A DNA stretch of 64,000 bases, taken from Lytechinus pictus. Lineage: Eukaryota. Every line of letters starts with the position of its first letter. The first letter of the stretch is position 1. Below, one piece after another: positions 30,650 to 43,079 of this stretch. The notes below the pieces were generated by a model. It saw only the letters and a list, made by a program, of their open reading frames with translations, made no database searches and was not told the DNA's origin. A program made the translations under genes and the position numbers. The DNA lies in the NCBI RefSeq assembly GCF_037042905.1, contig NC_087252.1, forward strand, positions 26,538,001 through 26,602,000, given 5' to 3'.

Positions 30650-30960
30650 GGGGAGCGAGCTGCACCGGAAAGCTGTGGCGTCTAGCATAATTTACTTGCA
30701 GTATGACCTCATTCTTTGAGTCCTGACAGACGCGGTATAGACACACTCTCTTGACTCGGCTCTATGAAAGACATCCTGCCTGGTAACATAGTGCCCCCGT
30801 TCTTCGCTCCTTCCTTCCTCCGAACCACTGTGTCATACGACTTGTCATATTTCAAAACATAAGCGCAGTCTAGTCTCGATCGCAGAGCTCCAAACGATTG
30901 GAAACGGCCCCGCTCCCAAAACAATGTCTGCACCACCGCAAGTGTAAATACAGACTGAAC
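30650..30960 (-). other. Candidate alternative first exon
   Basis: GC/CpG-rich island that starts at an Inr-like TTCAGTC on the minus strand (~30955) and ends at a gtgagt donor (~30644-30649). Confidence 0.35.
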
Positions 30961-31959
30961 GAAAACTTTGAATTTGATTTTTTTCAGAGTGTTCCAATCT
31001 CCTACAATGAAAAATAGAAGAAATTTCCTCATTTTGTTCAATGAAAATTGTAAATAAAGACAAGTAGGAATTTTCAATTTCAGATAATAAACTGGCAGAA
31101 AGAAAGTTCTTCGTCAGATGTGCAATGGAGTTTAATAGAAAACGATATGGCACCACGTTGATGACCCAGACACAAAAGATTACATGTACATTGTACAGGG
31201 CAAGGCATATCGGATGTACATGCACAATGTACTGTATGTGCAGGAATGACAACACATATGATATACAACATATCAACATCTGCAGGATTTTTTAAGGTGA
31301 ACATTTTCAACATTAAAGGAATCCTTTATTACTTTGAAATGTTAAATATCCACAAATTCCACATCATGTAAAGGTAGGCCTTCTATGCACTGCAGTATTG
31401 CATGTCTAAAGCTACATCTTCAAGCACATTTACATATAATCTGTCAATGGACTACATTCAGAATTAAAGGTTAGCCATTGGGATCAATCGTAGAATAATG
31501 TTCTACAACGATTGCTAAGCTTTGCGTTACGGGCCATATACTGTACACGTAAATGTCACCTTCACTTCAGACTATTAAAAACACATGAACCATCTTACTT
31601 TAACGATTGCAGGGTTATACATAATTTCAATAGAAAAGATAAAAAAAAAAATTTCTAAATATTGTAATTTTACCTTAAATGACTTCATGATTTAATAAAA
31701 CATACAAATATATTTAAAAAAAAATATTTCTCTAGCAGGCAAGCCTCCTGCAACTTGGCAGGGGAGAACAACAACAAAGCAGAAAAACTGGGGGAAAAAA
31801 AACCAATTTTGTGTCATTTTGAGTATTTTGTTGAATCGTGATGTGCAAATTAATTAATGACAACTTTTACTGGAGATGAAACAACAAGATTTTACCCTGG
31901 AGAACATCATGATGGAAAGCCGAGAAGTTCAATTATTCTTTGATACATTACTTTCTGCC

Positions 31960-32492
31960 TTAAAGTTGGTCTCATCTTCAAGACTCACATCATTCATCAT
32001 CACTTCCATCTTCTTCTTCTACATCCTCTTAATTTTCATCATCGTCACCACCACCAACTCGTCATCTTCATCATAATCCCCATCTCTATCATTTTCCTGA
32101 ATCTTCTCTATATCGTCCTTACCATTTATCTCCCCACGAATTTGAGTGTAATTCCCATTAATTTCTATAAAGTCGAGTTTTGTTATTCTGCATCTGACGG
32201 ATCAAAACCTGTTGGAAATTTATTACCCTCCACCATGCACAAGTCAGGAGGAAAGCCACGATATTGATAGTTTTAAAGGGCCAAATTATTTTAAAGGATT
32301 TTATTATTTTATTTTATTATTTTAAATTTCTTAATTATATGCAATTACATATGACATTACAGTACGTAACTTGCTTTTTATTTGTATCTGGCGACCCCAA
32401 CTCAAGCTCTGCTTTCCAGGTTTTCGCCTCCTTCAAAATTGTGTCGAAATATATACTGTATTCGTTACTATATGTCAAATATTATTTTATAT
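31960..32492 (-). pseudogene. Decayed coding remnant with an acidic C-terminus (probably TE-derived)
   Basis: Minus-strand pieces YSNEYSIYFDTILKEAKTWKAELELGSPDTNKKQV, NYQYRGFPPDLCMVEGNKFPTGFDPSDAE* and DFIEINGNYTQIRGEINGKDDIEKIQENDRDGDYDEDDE...EEEDGSDDE*, interrupted by stops and frameshifts. Confidence 0.35.
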
Positions 32493-32628
32493 CTGTTTGA
32501 AGGAAATAAATGTGATTTTCAATCAATCAAAAGGCAATCTTTTTTTTACAGTTTTGCAGGTCTATCTTGTACATGTATGTTGTTTATTGCCTTCCTAAGT
32601 TCCTATTGAACATATGTGTACATGTTTA

Positions 32629-32883
32629 CAGTGGTGCTAAAGAGTTAGTAAACCCCACCAGAAAATGCACTCCTTATTAAATGCCGAATGTAGAATGTAA
32701 ATATATGTAGACAACAAAATTCAGAGAACTAAAAGATATTTTACTGAATGTACATGTACATGTCATGTATTTTCGCCTGACTCCACAATATCTAAAAGTT
32801 TGAGTAAAAGATAGCAAAACCTGAACGTTTTATGTTCATTTTCTGGTGCGGATTCACTAACTGTTTGGTTTTTAGCACCACTG
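32629..32883. mobile_element. Tc1/mariner-type MITE
   Basis: TA|CAGTGGTGCTAAA...TTTAGCACCACTG|TA; a related truncated copy begins at ~10468. Confidence 0.8.
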
Positions 32884-34886
32884 TATGTACACGTATCTAT
32901 GGTAATAAAGATCTTCTGCGTTAGTGCGCATCTATACTAATAACTATGATATTATTAAAAAATACACAACATTACAGAGATCAAAGATGAACGGGTGTAA
33001 AATTTTTATACAGCAGATCTAAACGTTTACTAGCTCCAATCTGCCGTCAATTGCCGCCGCCGCCGATCTCCGAAGACCGGAGGAAGGAAATATACAAGTA
33101 CAAATTGCTTGTGGTCGAGGGGTCAGAGCTCTATACTGGACCGTCACATTTTTGGGCAAGGGTTTGAATCCCATCCAAGACGGTTAGCAAGTCTAATTTT
33201 TCCAGTTGAAATGACGGGAAGAGCTCCTTTCGCGATAGCCACCCAAAGTTTAAAAAAATATATTAGGGTAAGAGTGGCTGTCACAAAAGGAACCCCCCGA
33301 AATTAACATTGTTGTTGTTTTTAAATAACAAAATCAATATGAATAGCATTTATTTCATTCAAATTAGTAATTACCAATATCATACATGTAGGATGGGGGT
33401 CGGGTTACCGGACACTTTATATTTTTGAAGCCTTCTTTTTTGTCTTTGGATTACACTAAAAATATGAATTCAATAGTTGTAATCATCTTTTATTTTGTTC
33501 TCTATAATTTTTCCTAACATTTTGTACTAAAAATTGATGAAAATTCGCTTGTAAATTTTTTCAATGACTCTAAAATTGATCGTCCAGAACACAACCTGTC
33601 CGGACACACAACTCAACTGGGTACAGTAACCCAGCGTTCACGACCGAGTTTCAACAAGAGATGCAACTTGTCAAGAATAGGTTCTAGGGTCTGGCGTCTT
33701 AAACTGTGGCTGGCCTTAAATTTCAGTTTTCAGAAAATCAAGGGAACTAGGCCTATGTTGCCAGAACTGGCATAATTATGCTTTCTGGCATAATTTAGAC
33801 CCTTTCAACATTATTCATTATGCTGGCATAATTTTGGCATAATTAGACTTTTTTAAGCAAAGAATCTGGCATAATAATAGCATATTTAGCATAATTTTGA
33901 TCGATTTCCCCCCCCCCCACATGTTGTTTGTCATTTTTCACATTTCTACTAACTAATGAACGGCGCCAGCACCAACAGAAGTGGGGGAAATCATTTACAT
34001 GCATGCATCCACTCCTAAAATTTAGGTTGATAACCTTTTTTTTTTTGCTTGTCAAAATTGTTTTTGGTTAGCCACTCCTAAAATTTAGGTTGATAACCTT
34101 TCTTTTTTTTTTTTTTGCTTGTCAAAAAATTTTGGTTAGCCACTCCTAAATTTTTTTTTTTGCTTTAAAAAAAAAACGGTTTGGCATAATTTTTCGCGAT
34201 TTAGCATAATTTAGTTGCTCCTCTCGCATAATTGGATTTTTTTCACTGGCCACGCTGCCTATAACAAGTCTTATTTCTTTTCAGAAAGATTTGTAATTTG
34301 GAAAGTCTGCATGCATGCATTTTCAGTTTGCAAAAAAAAGTGAGGGATAAAAAAATAAAGGGAAAAATGTTTAGATTATTTACAAAATCTGAATATTTTC
34401 AAAAAATAATGGTGACTGATAAAAAAACATCAAATAAAGCCTTGACACGACCTTAAACAACTAAAAATTTGAGCTGCTGAAATCAAACGGGTTTACGTGC
34501 ACAAATTTTGTTACAGCCCCATGCACCCACTCCCGTGCACCACGTTGCCAAAAAATCCCGCCATATATTCAGCACGCAATCGCCCCAAAACGGCTCAAAA
34601 AGTGAGAAGTAATAAGAAAGTACAAATGTCAACACAAAGTAAGATGAAGTATGACTGCAAAGAAATAGGAATGTATCATATTTGGGGAATATGATTTTGT
34701 AAACATTATTTATCAGCGAAAATAACAAGTCAATCATGGTCACTGAATCAGCTGTTTGGCTGAGCGCAAAATACAAATCACATTCAGATCACACACGAAA
34801 TTCAAACCAGAAGCGCCCTCACAATTTCAAAATAACACATGAAAATTAAGAAATTTGGTCATGAATTGCGAAAATTAGATACTCAC

Positions 34887-35330
34887 CGATACAATCCTAT
34901 TATCCATATATTATTCCACATCAAATTCGAGAAAGAATCCATTAATTATATATTCCAAGATTAGGCAAAAAGCCTGTCGGCTATTGGGGTCATTCAAAGT
35001 CGATCCACTCTGCGACAGGCGCGCGAAAATGAAAATAGACGAACGAGGAAAGACGCAGCAAGGGGGAAATGATCATGCAGAAAAACAGTCAATTTTCCCT
35101 TAAAATCCACAAAAATTTTACCAGATCGTCATCGCAGGTATATTTCCAATCCATGGAGAACGGTAATCCTAGACGACAGCACTCAATAATAAATCCATTG
35201 ATGATAATTCTCTATCCGGTCATCGAGGTCGGGTCGAAACAAATATGGCGGAATCTCGGTGCGTTGTTCTTTATTCGAAATTTCCTCTTCAGCGAACGAT
35301 TGACGCGCCCGGCAGGTCGAGTTGTCGTAG
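34887..35330 (-). other. Probable first exon of a second minus-strand gene that runs off the left edge
   Basis: CpG-rich unique sequence ending in the consensus donor TCG|gtgagt (plus-strand actcac, 34881-34886), directly downstream of the promoter-like block. The 5' boundary is approximate. Confidence 0.6.
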
Positions 35331-35640
35331 TAACTGTCAATCAATATGCAGATCCTTTCAAAACGCCGACGCTCCGCCTACTCGCTATAGCAACTGTTAT
35401 GCAAATGAGGCGAAGCGACCGTCGAATCGATGATGTCATACGAAAAGGCATGCCGATACCCGGATGAAGAGTCATGTGACCGTGTCTCGTCCGAGACTTT
35501 TCCCGCGAAAAATAGCGTCTTTTCAAATGTGCGCGAAATAATCAACGTAGCCTGTGCAAGTACCGGTGAGTGAGCTCATGTGGGCTATTCAACGATGCAC
35601 GTGTGTTGAGTCTGAGGGCAACATTTGTAAACAAACCGAA
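35330..35640 (-). promoter_or_regulatory. CpG-rich promoter with E2F and CHR motifs
   Basis: TTTTCCCGCGAAAA (35498-35511); minus-strand TTTCGCG-CACA-TTTGAA (35538-35522); E-box GTCATGTGAC (35471-35480); high CpG density against an AT-rich background. Confidence 0.6.
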
Positions 35641-36019
35641 ACGTGGCCCTCAGAACTAAAACACAATTTTGTGTGTGAAGGAAAGAAATTAAAATCGTCT
35701 GTGGTACGTTGCCTACCAGCCTTGCGTAAATGAACATTGCATCAATTATGAGTCATGTTTTGTCATTTGATTTAGTCATCAAAGTGGGGGTGACTCTCAC
35801 TTGTTTAAATGTCATGCATATGGTATGTTTTAGTTGCGGAGTACATATTACGACACGACTTGTATTGTAAACTTGTCGATCTTGGCAAAGGGGTGGGTTT
35901 TACTTGGAAATCTTCTGATTCATATTTTCCTAAGCTCTTCCAACACTGAAACTAATGTGTCATGAGTGTATACGTGACAAAGCTCCTACAAAATATCTCA
36001 TTTATACAATACATTTCAT

Positions 36020-36264
36020 CATTGGCGGCGGAAGCCAACAAAATTTAGGGGGGACCACCAAAAAAATTTGACAAGCAAAAAAAAAAAAAAAAAGGTTATA
36101 TATCAACCACAATTTTAGGGGGGGGGACAGACAAAAAAATTTGACAAGCAAAAAAAAAAAAAAAAAACCAAAAGGTTATCAACAACAAATTTAGGGGGAT
36201 CGTCCCCCCCCCCCACCTCAAATTTACTCGGGGGAGACAGGTCCCCCCGTCTCCCTCGCCTATG
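36020..36264. mobile_element. hAT-like MITE
   Basis: CATTGGCG...CGCCTATG with a perfect 8-bp TSD CATTTCAT. Confidence 0.8.
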
Positions 36265-39216
36265 CATTTCATAGTGTAGAGTGAAAGTGATAATGATCAA
36301 GAAAATAATAATCGCACCATTTTGTCTCTGTCCAATTGGTACACAATATGCCCTACAATTTGTTTATTTTCACTTTCAATATCACTTTTTACATTTATAA
36401 TATTTGCATAGTTGAGGTATGCCTATTTACTATTTACAAGTCATGTTTAAATTAGATGTAGGCCTCACAATGGCTACCGCTTATATTAATTTTAAAATGT
36501 TTACCTGGGAATACATAGATTAAATTTCAAAGGAAAAGTTCATTGAAAGTGAAGAGGTCCAACTGAATAGAAATTCTAGGGTCCTTGTTTTAAAAAATAA
36601 CAATAAAAAAATAATTATTTATACAAAACCATTTTGATACGGAAAAATATAGGCCTATATAATTATACCTAAAAACAAAACAAAAAAGACCAAGAAAATT
36701 GTACAATTTAACTATGCAAGATAGTATGAAATGAAAATTTAGGGGGGTTCTGAGGAGAAAAAACCAAACCCTGAGTTATCTGTGTGAAGACAACGTTGGA
36801 TCATTTTATTTATAGATTTATCCCATTGAGTAGGACCTAAACAAATAACCTCACTCTCTGATATATAATTGTTGGCAGCATCGATGTACATAAACAACAG
36901 ATATTGGATGAACACACATACATGTAAGCAGGACATGTACTCAATTATTTATATTTGTATATTACAAGGACATGCCTCGCCTTTCTTCCACACTGCACTG
37001 ACCACAACTGATCAATATCGATCGACTCGAATACGAGATCGAGAGGGTGGGGTTGGCAATCTCCCGAATGTAAACAAAGGAGGTGTGTCAAGCAAGGGGC
37101 GTGTCATCGTGAGGTCAAGGAACTTGTCGAAAGCGCGCGCTTTATTTTGAATCGAGGGTGGGCGGGGCTACACGTTTGAAATTAATTCAAATTGCAGAAG
37201 GCCACGCCTCGAATGCGGTACACCCTACGTTATTAATGATATTATGCCAAGAAAATATAAACAAATTTTCATTCTGAAATTCTCACCGATACAGGCCGAT
37301 GGACACAAGGCATTCGGCTTCGTCCATCGGCCTCATCCTTCATTTTTGCTGTTTTCACAACCGTAGACTTACACAGTACTGTATTAAAAGTGTAATTAAT
37401 TGTGACCAAGTACATTTTATGGTGAAAATTTGCCTGTTTACTGTTTTATTCGTAGTACTCTTTTTTTTTTGGGGGGGGGGGATATTTGTAAGGATATATT
37501 GCTGAATTTTAACCAACCTTACTCACGGGCAATTTTTTTCATTATTGTTATTCTTTTTATTTATTTTTTTTTTTTTTTTTTTGGGGGGGGGGGCCAATCT
37601 GCATCATTGGATAAGCTTGAACATTGCAGTGAATGAGCATTTTCCAGGACTCTCGTTTTTTTTTCGATTTCCAGTGCTCCAGGAGCACTGAATCACCCTA
37701 TGCCCTGTGTAAGTTTTTCCCGTACTCACTAGGCCTATTTTTAATAGTATTAATTCATAGGTTTCCCTTCTCATGATCCATGCATGCGCCATGTTTTGAT
37801 GCAGGGTTTCATGTGAAAAGTGCTCGTGATAACCTTCTAAAGGCCAAGCTTTGCCTTCTCTTTTGTCCAGTTTCGTACCATTTCTGCCCCCCTCCCCTCC
37901 TGCTTGCTCTCTCCGCCCCACCCCCGCCCTTCTATGTTTCAATCTTCGTTGCAAGTCTTCATTGTAAATGGTTTCGACAAGTTAGAAACTTCATACCCTA
38001 AAACGACCCTTGCTAAAGTCCCAGGGCTAAAGTTATTCCACTTTCAGGGGCGGATCCACTGGGGGCGGGGCGAGTCGGCCCCGACCCCCTATTTGTGGGG
38101 AAACCTGCAGAAAAAATTGACCTTTTTAACTCGAGAGAAACGCTTTTAAAAACATAATTAAAAGTATGAAGTAAGAAGGGTAAATATTTATGTTTAATTT
38201 ACGGCCTCGTAACGGTGCGTGTTACGGGGCCTTCGGCCCCCCTTTCAAAAATTCCTGGATCCGCCCCTGATATATGTTGGTGGGGCCGGGGGGAATTCCA
38301 CCCTATCCATATGAATCAATGAGAAATTAGTTTTTGAAAATGGAAAATTTATTGCAATATACGCATTTATTTCTTTTCTTTAATTTTTCATAGGTGCAGA
38401 GGACACTGGGGTGGTGAGGCAATTTCGACTAGTTAATTCTGTCAATAAACCATATTTTATCAGTCTCGAAGTTCGCTCTCAATTAGTATGTTTCCATTAT
38501 ATTCTGCCCTGTTTTCTGTTTTTATTTTTGATATTTATTGTTATTAACATAAACATATATTTATGTTTTTGACCTTTTTTGTTATCCTGCAAATCTCCTG
38601 TAAATATTGTCTTTCTTTATGATTTATGATAAAACATAGATATTAAAACAATTTATATGAAATAAATGACTGGAAGCTGAAATAATTATTGCGAAACATT
38701 ATGCCTGCATCAAGACACAATATTACGCATATGTCCACTATTTGGCAGTTTATAGCTTTGGACCTGCATGCACATGCCTGTGCAGTGTGCACAATCAATA
38801 TACATTTATTTATAATTTTTTTGTTAAAACTTTTACAAACTTGCAAAGTTTGGAACAAAGTTGTTCATGTCTTTGGTAGTAAATAGCATAGAATTCATGT
38901 TGTTGACAACAGATTTATGTGTTGCGTTCGATCGATGGAGCGCGGGGAAGCCCCGCGGGTCTTGGGGAATCCCCATTCGTCGCGAGAGTGTTTACTTCAA
39001 ACGTGATTTACACTCAGGGTCAGTGCATGCATGGCCCCGAGCTCGAGGTGAGCAAGGCAGCAGAGTTTCAGTGTTTCCATTTTTTTTCTCAATAATGTGA
39101 ATTTAAAAAATGCATACAGTTACAATATTATATCAAAACAATAACTAAACGAACTATTGATCATTTATTTATTTTTCATACATATCTAAATAATAAATCA
39201 GTGATGTCTAATATTC

Positions 39217-39219
<3 letters not shown>

Positions 39220-39297
<78 letters not shown>

Positions 39298-39310
39298 TAT
39301 ATATTTATAT
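39220..39310. repeat. (TA)n microsatellite
   Basis: Direct observation. Confidence 0.95.
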
Positions 39311-39452
39311 ATTATTATGACAAAATAAGTAGTCCCATATTGTGTACGATTTTCGTAAATTATGTATCAAAATGCACTTTGTTTCTGTGTCGAATTTGTA
39401 TTAGGGCCTACCCTTTTTTCATTTATAAAAAGATACAATATGAAATACATAC

Positions 39453-39714
39453 CCCCTTGTGTGATATGCTTATCGATCGATTGTATATTTGATTTGATTT
39501 ATTGATTTCCGTTTCACAACATAAGCATGATAAGTATAACAAAACAAGGTCGAAAATAATGCAAGACGTAATAAAATATAAATAACATAATCTTAGATTT
39601 AAGGAACATATAATTAATGACAAAATTTAACTTTAGGCCTATATCATATAGGCCTTAAGTTAAATTTTGTCATGAATTATATACAATCGATCGATAAGCA
39701 TATCACACAAGGGG
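39453..39714. mobile_element. MITE with 35-bp perfect TIRs
   Basis: CCCCTTGTGTGATATGCTTATCGATCGATTGTATA and its exact reverse complement. Confidence 0.8.
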
Positions 39715-39795
39715 ACATAATACCAATCAGTAGAAGAGAGGTACAACTCCCGCTGGTTGGAAGATTTTTTCGGACTTATTTTTCACAACTACTTA

Positions 39796-40098
39796 CACTG
39801 GCGTACCTAGGATTTTCCAGAAGGGGGGCAATTTTTTTTTCGTCTTCGAAAAAAATTGACAAGCAAAAAAAAAAAGGTCTTCAACCACAAATAAAGGATT
39901 TCATACCAGAAAAAAAGTCTGTTTTTATTGCATTTTTACATTACAAATTATTAATTTGGCTTCTCAAAGGGGGGGGGGGGGCACGTCCCCTGTATCAGTT
40001 GCGACTCGTCAGGGGGGCAGGGATACGTCCCCTGCATGAGTTGTGACTCGTCAGGGGGACAGTCTGCCCCCCCCTGCCTCCACTTAGGTACGCTAGTG
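39796..40098. mobile_element. hAT-like MITE
   Basis: CACTGGCGTACCTA...TAGGTACGCTAGTG; TSD ACTACTTA/ACTACTTT. Confidence 0.8.
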
Positions 40099-40369
40099 AC
40101 TACTTTTACATGTATAAACAATGGTTAAAGGCAAAATTATGCCTAAGAAACTTAATTGCAAGTCAAATTACATGACAGTTAATACAACTAATAGCCCTAC
40201 ATAATGATATACCAATATTACAATAATTGAAGCGGATGACGGGGCGTGTAAAAACATAATCTTATCGAGGCTAGGCCTGCATGTGTAATGACATGATAAT
40301 ACAAATTGATATTAAAGAGAAAAAAAGGAAGAAGAAAAATATTAATTGCAAAGAAAATGGATATGATTA

Positions 40370-40465
40370 TGAGAGAGAGAGAGGGAGGGGTAGTGAGAGA
40401 GAGGAGGAAAGAGAGAGGAAGAGAGAGGGGGAGGGAGAGGGGGAGGGGGTGGTGAGGGAGGGGTA
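40370..40465. repeat. GA-rich polypurine tract
   Basis: Direct observation. Confidence 0.85.
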
Positions 40466-40508
40466 GAACACAATTTCACACAAGTCATGTCATACCGTAC
40501 ACACTTAA

Positions 40509-41102
40509 AGGGGAATCCAGCCTTGGCCATAAAATGTTGTGTTGGGAAGAAGAAAAATAAATTAAACAGAATGGTGAAAGTTTGAAAGAAATCGGACAAG
40601 CAATAAGAAAGTTATAGCTGCTTTAAAATTGAGATCACTAATACTATGTAGATTTCAAATTGGCAACTGGGTAAGTAAATTATGACAAGGGGCAAGGACA
40701 ACTTTCCCATAAGCCATGTACTTTATTATCAGGGATTTGTGGTTTTCTCCTAAGTACCCATTCCCCCGGGGCAGTAATCTATATATAACACAGGTAGTAT
40801 ATTGTTTTATGTCATCATGAAAGAAAAATATAATTTGTAATAAAACTTTGGGAATAATGACATTTTAGCCATAATATGTATTGGAGTACAGGGAAGAGTA
40901 GTCCTTGCCTTACATCAGTATGACATCCCATATGCGGCCAATTTGAAGTCTCTATTGGTATAGTGATTACCAATATTTACAACTTTTAAAAAATTATAAC
41001 TTTCTTGTTGTTTGTCCAATATTGTTCAAACTTTCACTTATCAACTTGTCTGATTTTTCATTTCCTTATAAAAACAAGTTTTTATTCGGGTTGGATTCCC
41101 TT
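40509..41102. mobile_element. TTAA-flanked Kolobok-like element
   Basis: ttaa|AGGGGAATCCAGCC...GGTTGGATTCCCTT|ttaa. Confidence 0.8.
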
Positions 41103-42580
41103 TTAATATGTTGGACAGCATACCAACTGTCCACTGTGTTGGGTAATGTATGTTGGTAAACAATTTATATATTCTGGGCAATTATTATACCCAAATGTGC
41201 AAATTTATTACCCAATCATTAGTTTTATTACTCAATTTGGACAGATTTTAACCAATAGTAGTGTGGACAGTATGTTGCCCAGTAATGGTAAAAAATTTGG
41301 CCTTTTTTGCCCTGCCATTTTAAGAGTGTATTAAGTAAATTCTAAAACTGATTTTTTTTTTTTAAGTAGCAAGATTGTTAGTCTTGAATATTAAGTGGAG
41401 AAGATCTCCGAAGGTTAGGGGAACATTTCACACAAAAATTCATCTATGGTAACTATGCAACTATGGATGGAACCCCTGATTGCGATTGGCTACTGAGACC
41501 CGTTACCATGGTATTTGCCATAAATGACAAATTACATTTATTCGGTAAACATTATTTGCTAACATATTTACAAAAATTGACCCATGCATGCGGACTCCCC
41601 GCTCTGAATTATGTTACCAAACTCGACAAAATTGTTAATTCAATGAAAATTAAATATTAGGGGAAGACCTCTCATTCTATAAAAATGTATATGTTTTTCT
41701 CAAAAGTAACTATGTTATGGTCTAAACTATCATATGCATTTAAAACGTAGGGTGAAGTGGAATACCTCTGGTAGTGTTGAAAACAACTAAAATTGAATAA
41801 TAATTCACAAAAAAATAATTCATTATAGATAATAAAATACTTAATTCATTGACCCTAAATGACATTTGACCTTAATCATGTGACCTGAAACTCGTGCAAG
41901 ACGACCAGTTATACTTGATTTATGTCCAAGTTTCATGAACAAGATTCATATATGCTATCAAAGTTATGATGACATTTTCAAAATTTAACCTGCTAAAAGA
42001 ATGTTGATACTCAAACATGGTCAAAGGTCACTGATCATAAATGACCTTTGGCCTTGGCCAATACACCTGAAACTCATGCAAGATGAATAATGATACTTGA
42101 TTAATTTTTTTGTCCTTATAGGTCCATATTTGCACATTTTAAGAACTCAACCAAAGGTTGAGATTTCAATATTGACGACGCTGCGCCGCCTCCGCCGTTG
42201 GAAAAGCGGTCTCGATGCCTATTGCAGGCGAGACAAATCACACCGAAGGAAATTTTATTGCTGTCAAAAGCGAACGTAATTTTATTTATGAATTACAATA
42301 GAACTAGGGGCAGCGATCGTGGGGGCCTAGGGGCACAGTGTCCCCACTTTTTGAAGCACTGAAAAGTGCCCTTTTTTACCCAAGAAAAGTGCCCCACGTG
42401 AACGTGTTTTGTGCCCCTTTGACCTGAGAAGGACCCATTTTACGTGTTAACGATCGAGTGCCCCTTTGAAACAAGAAAACAATATTTTCATTTTTTATAC
42501 GTTACTATATAGAAAGGACTACTACAAGGATAATCCTACGTGCCCTAAGCTTCATGAGTCACGTGAGTGGGGTAGATAAG

Positions 42581-42834
42581 CAGTGGCGTACAGATGGGGG
42601 CTTGGGGACTCTCCTCCCTCCCCAAATTTGTCACGACCAAGAAAACAAAAGAGAAAAGGAAAGAGAGAAGGGTGAAATATAATATCGTTTTCTGAATATT
42701 GTCAAAGTCGATCATTAAATTGGATTTCGTTATAAAAATGTCAAAATTTGTGTTCGCTCGCTCGCTCGCAAGTTGTAAATTTATGTGATGCGACATATCT
42801 AGCCCCCTCAAAATTTTGGCTGATTACGCCACTG
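42581..42834. mobile_element. hAT-like MITE nested in another TIR element (~42305-42920)
   Basis: CAGTGGCGTA...TACGCCACTG with a perfect 8-bp TSD TAGATAAG. Confidence 0.85.
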
Positions 42835-43079
42835 TAGATAAGTCATTTTTCTTTGTTTTTAGGCGCCCTTTTTTGCCCTGTGACCCCCCCCCCACTTTCA
42901 ACTTAACTCCGCTATCCCTGAGTTCAAGAGCGAGAAAAAATGATGTGAATTTGAAAATATACCATAACCACCATTTGCATAAATCCGTGACGTCATACTA
43001 TTCAAGGGGGGGGGGGGGGCGAAACAATAAATCACCCCTCCTGAAATAATAGGTCCACAGATTGATTTACGCCAGTGTG

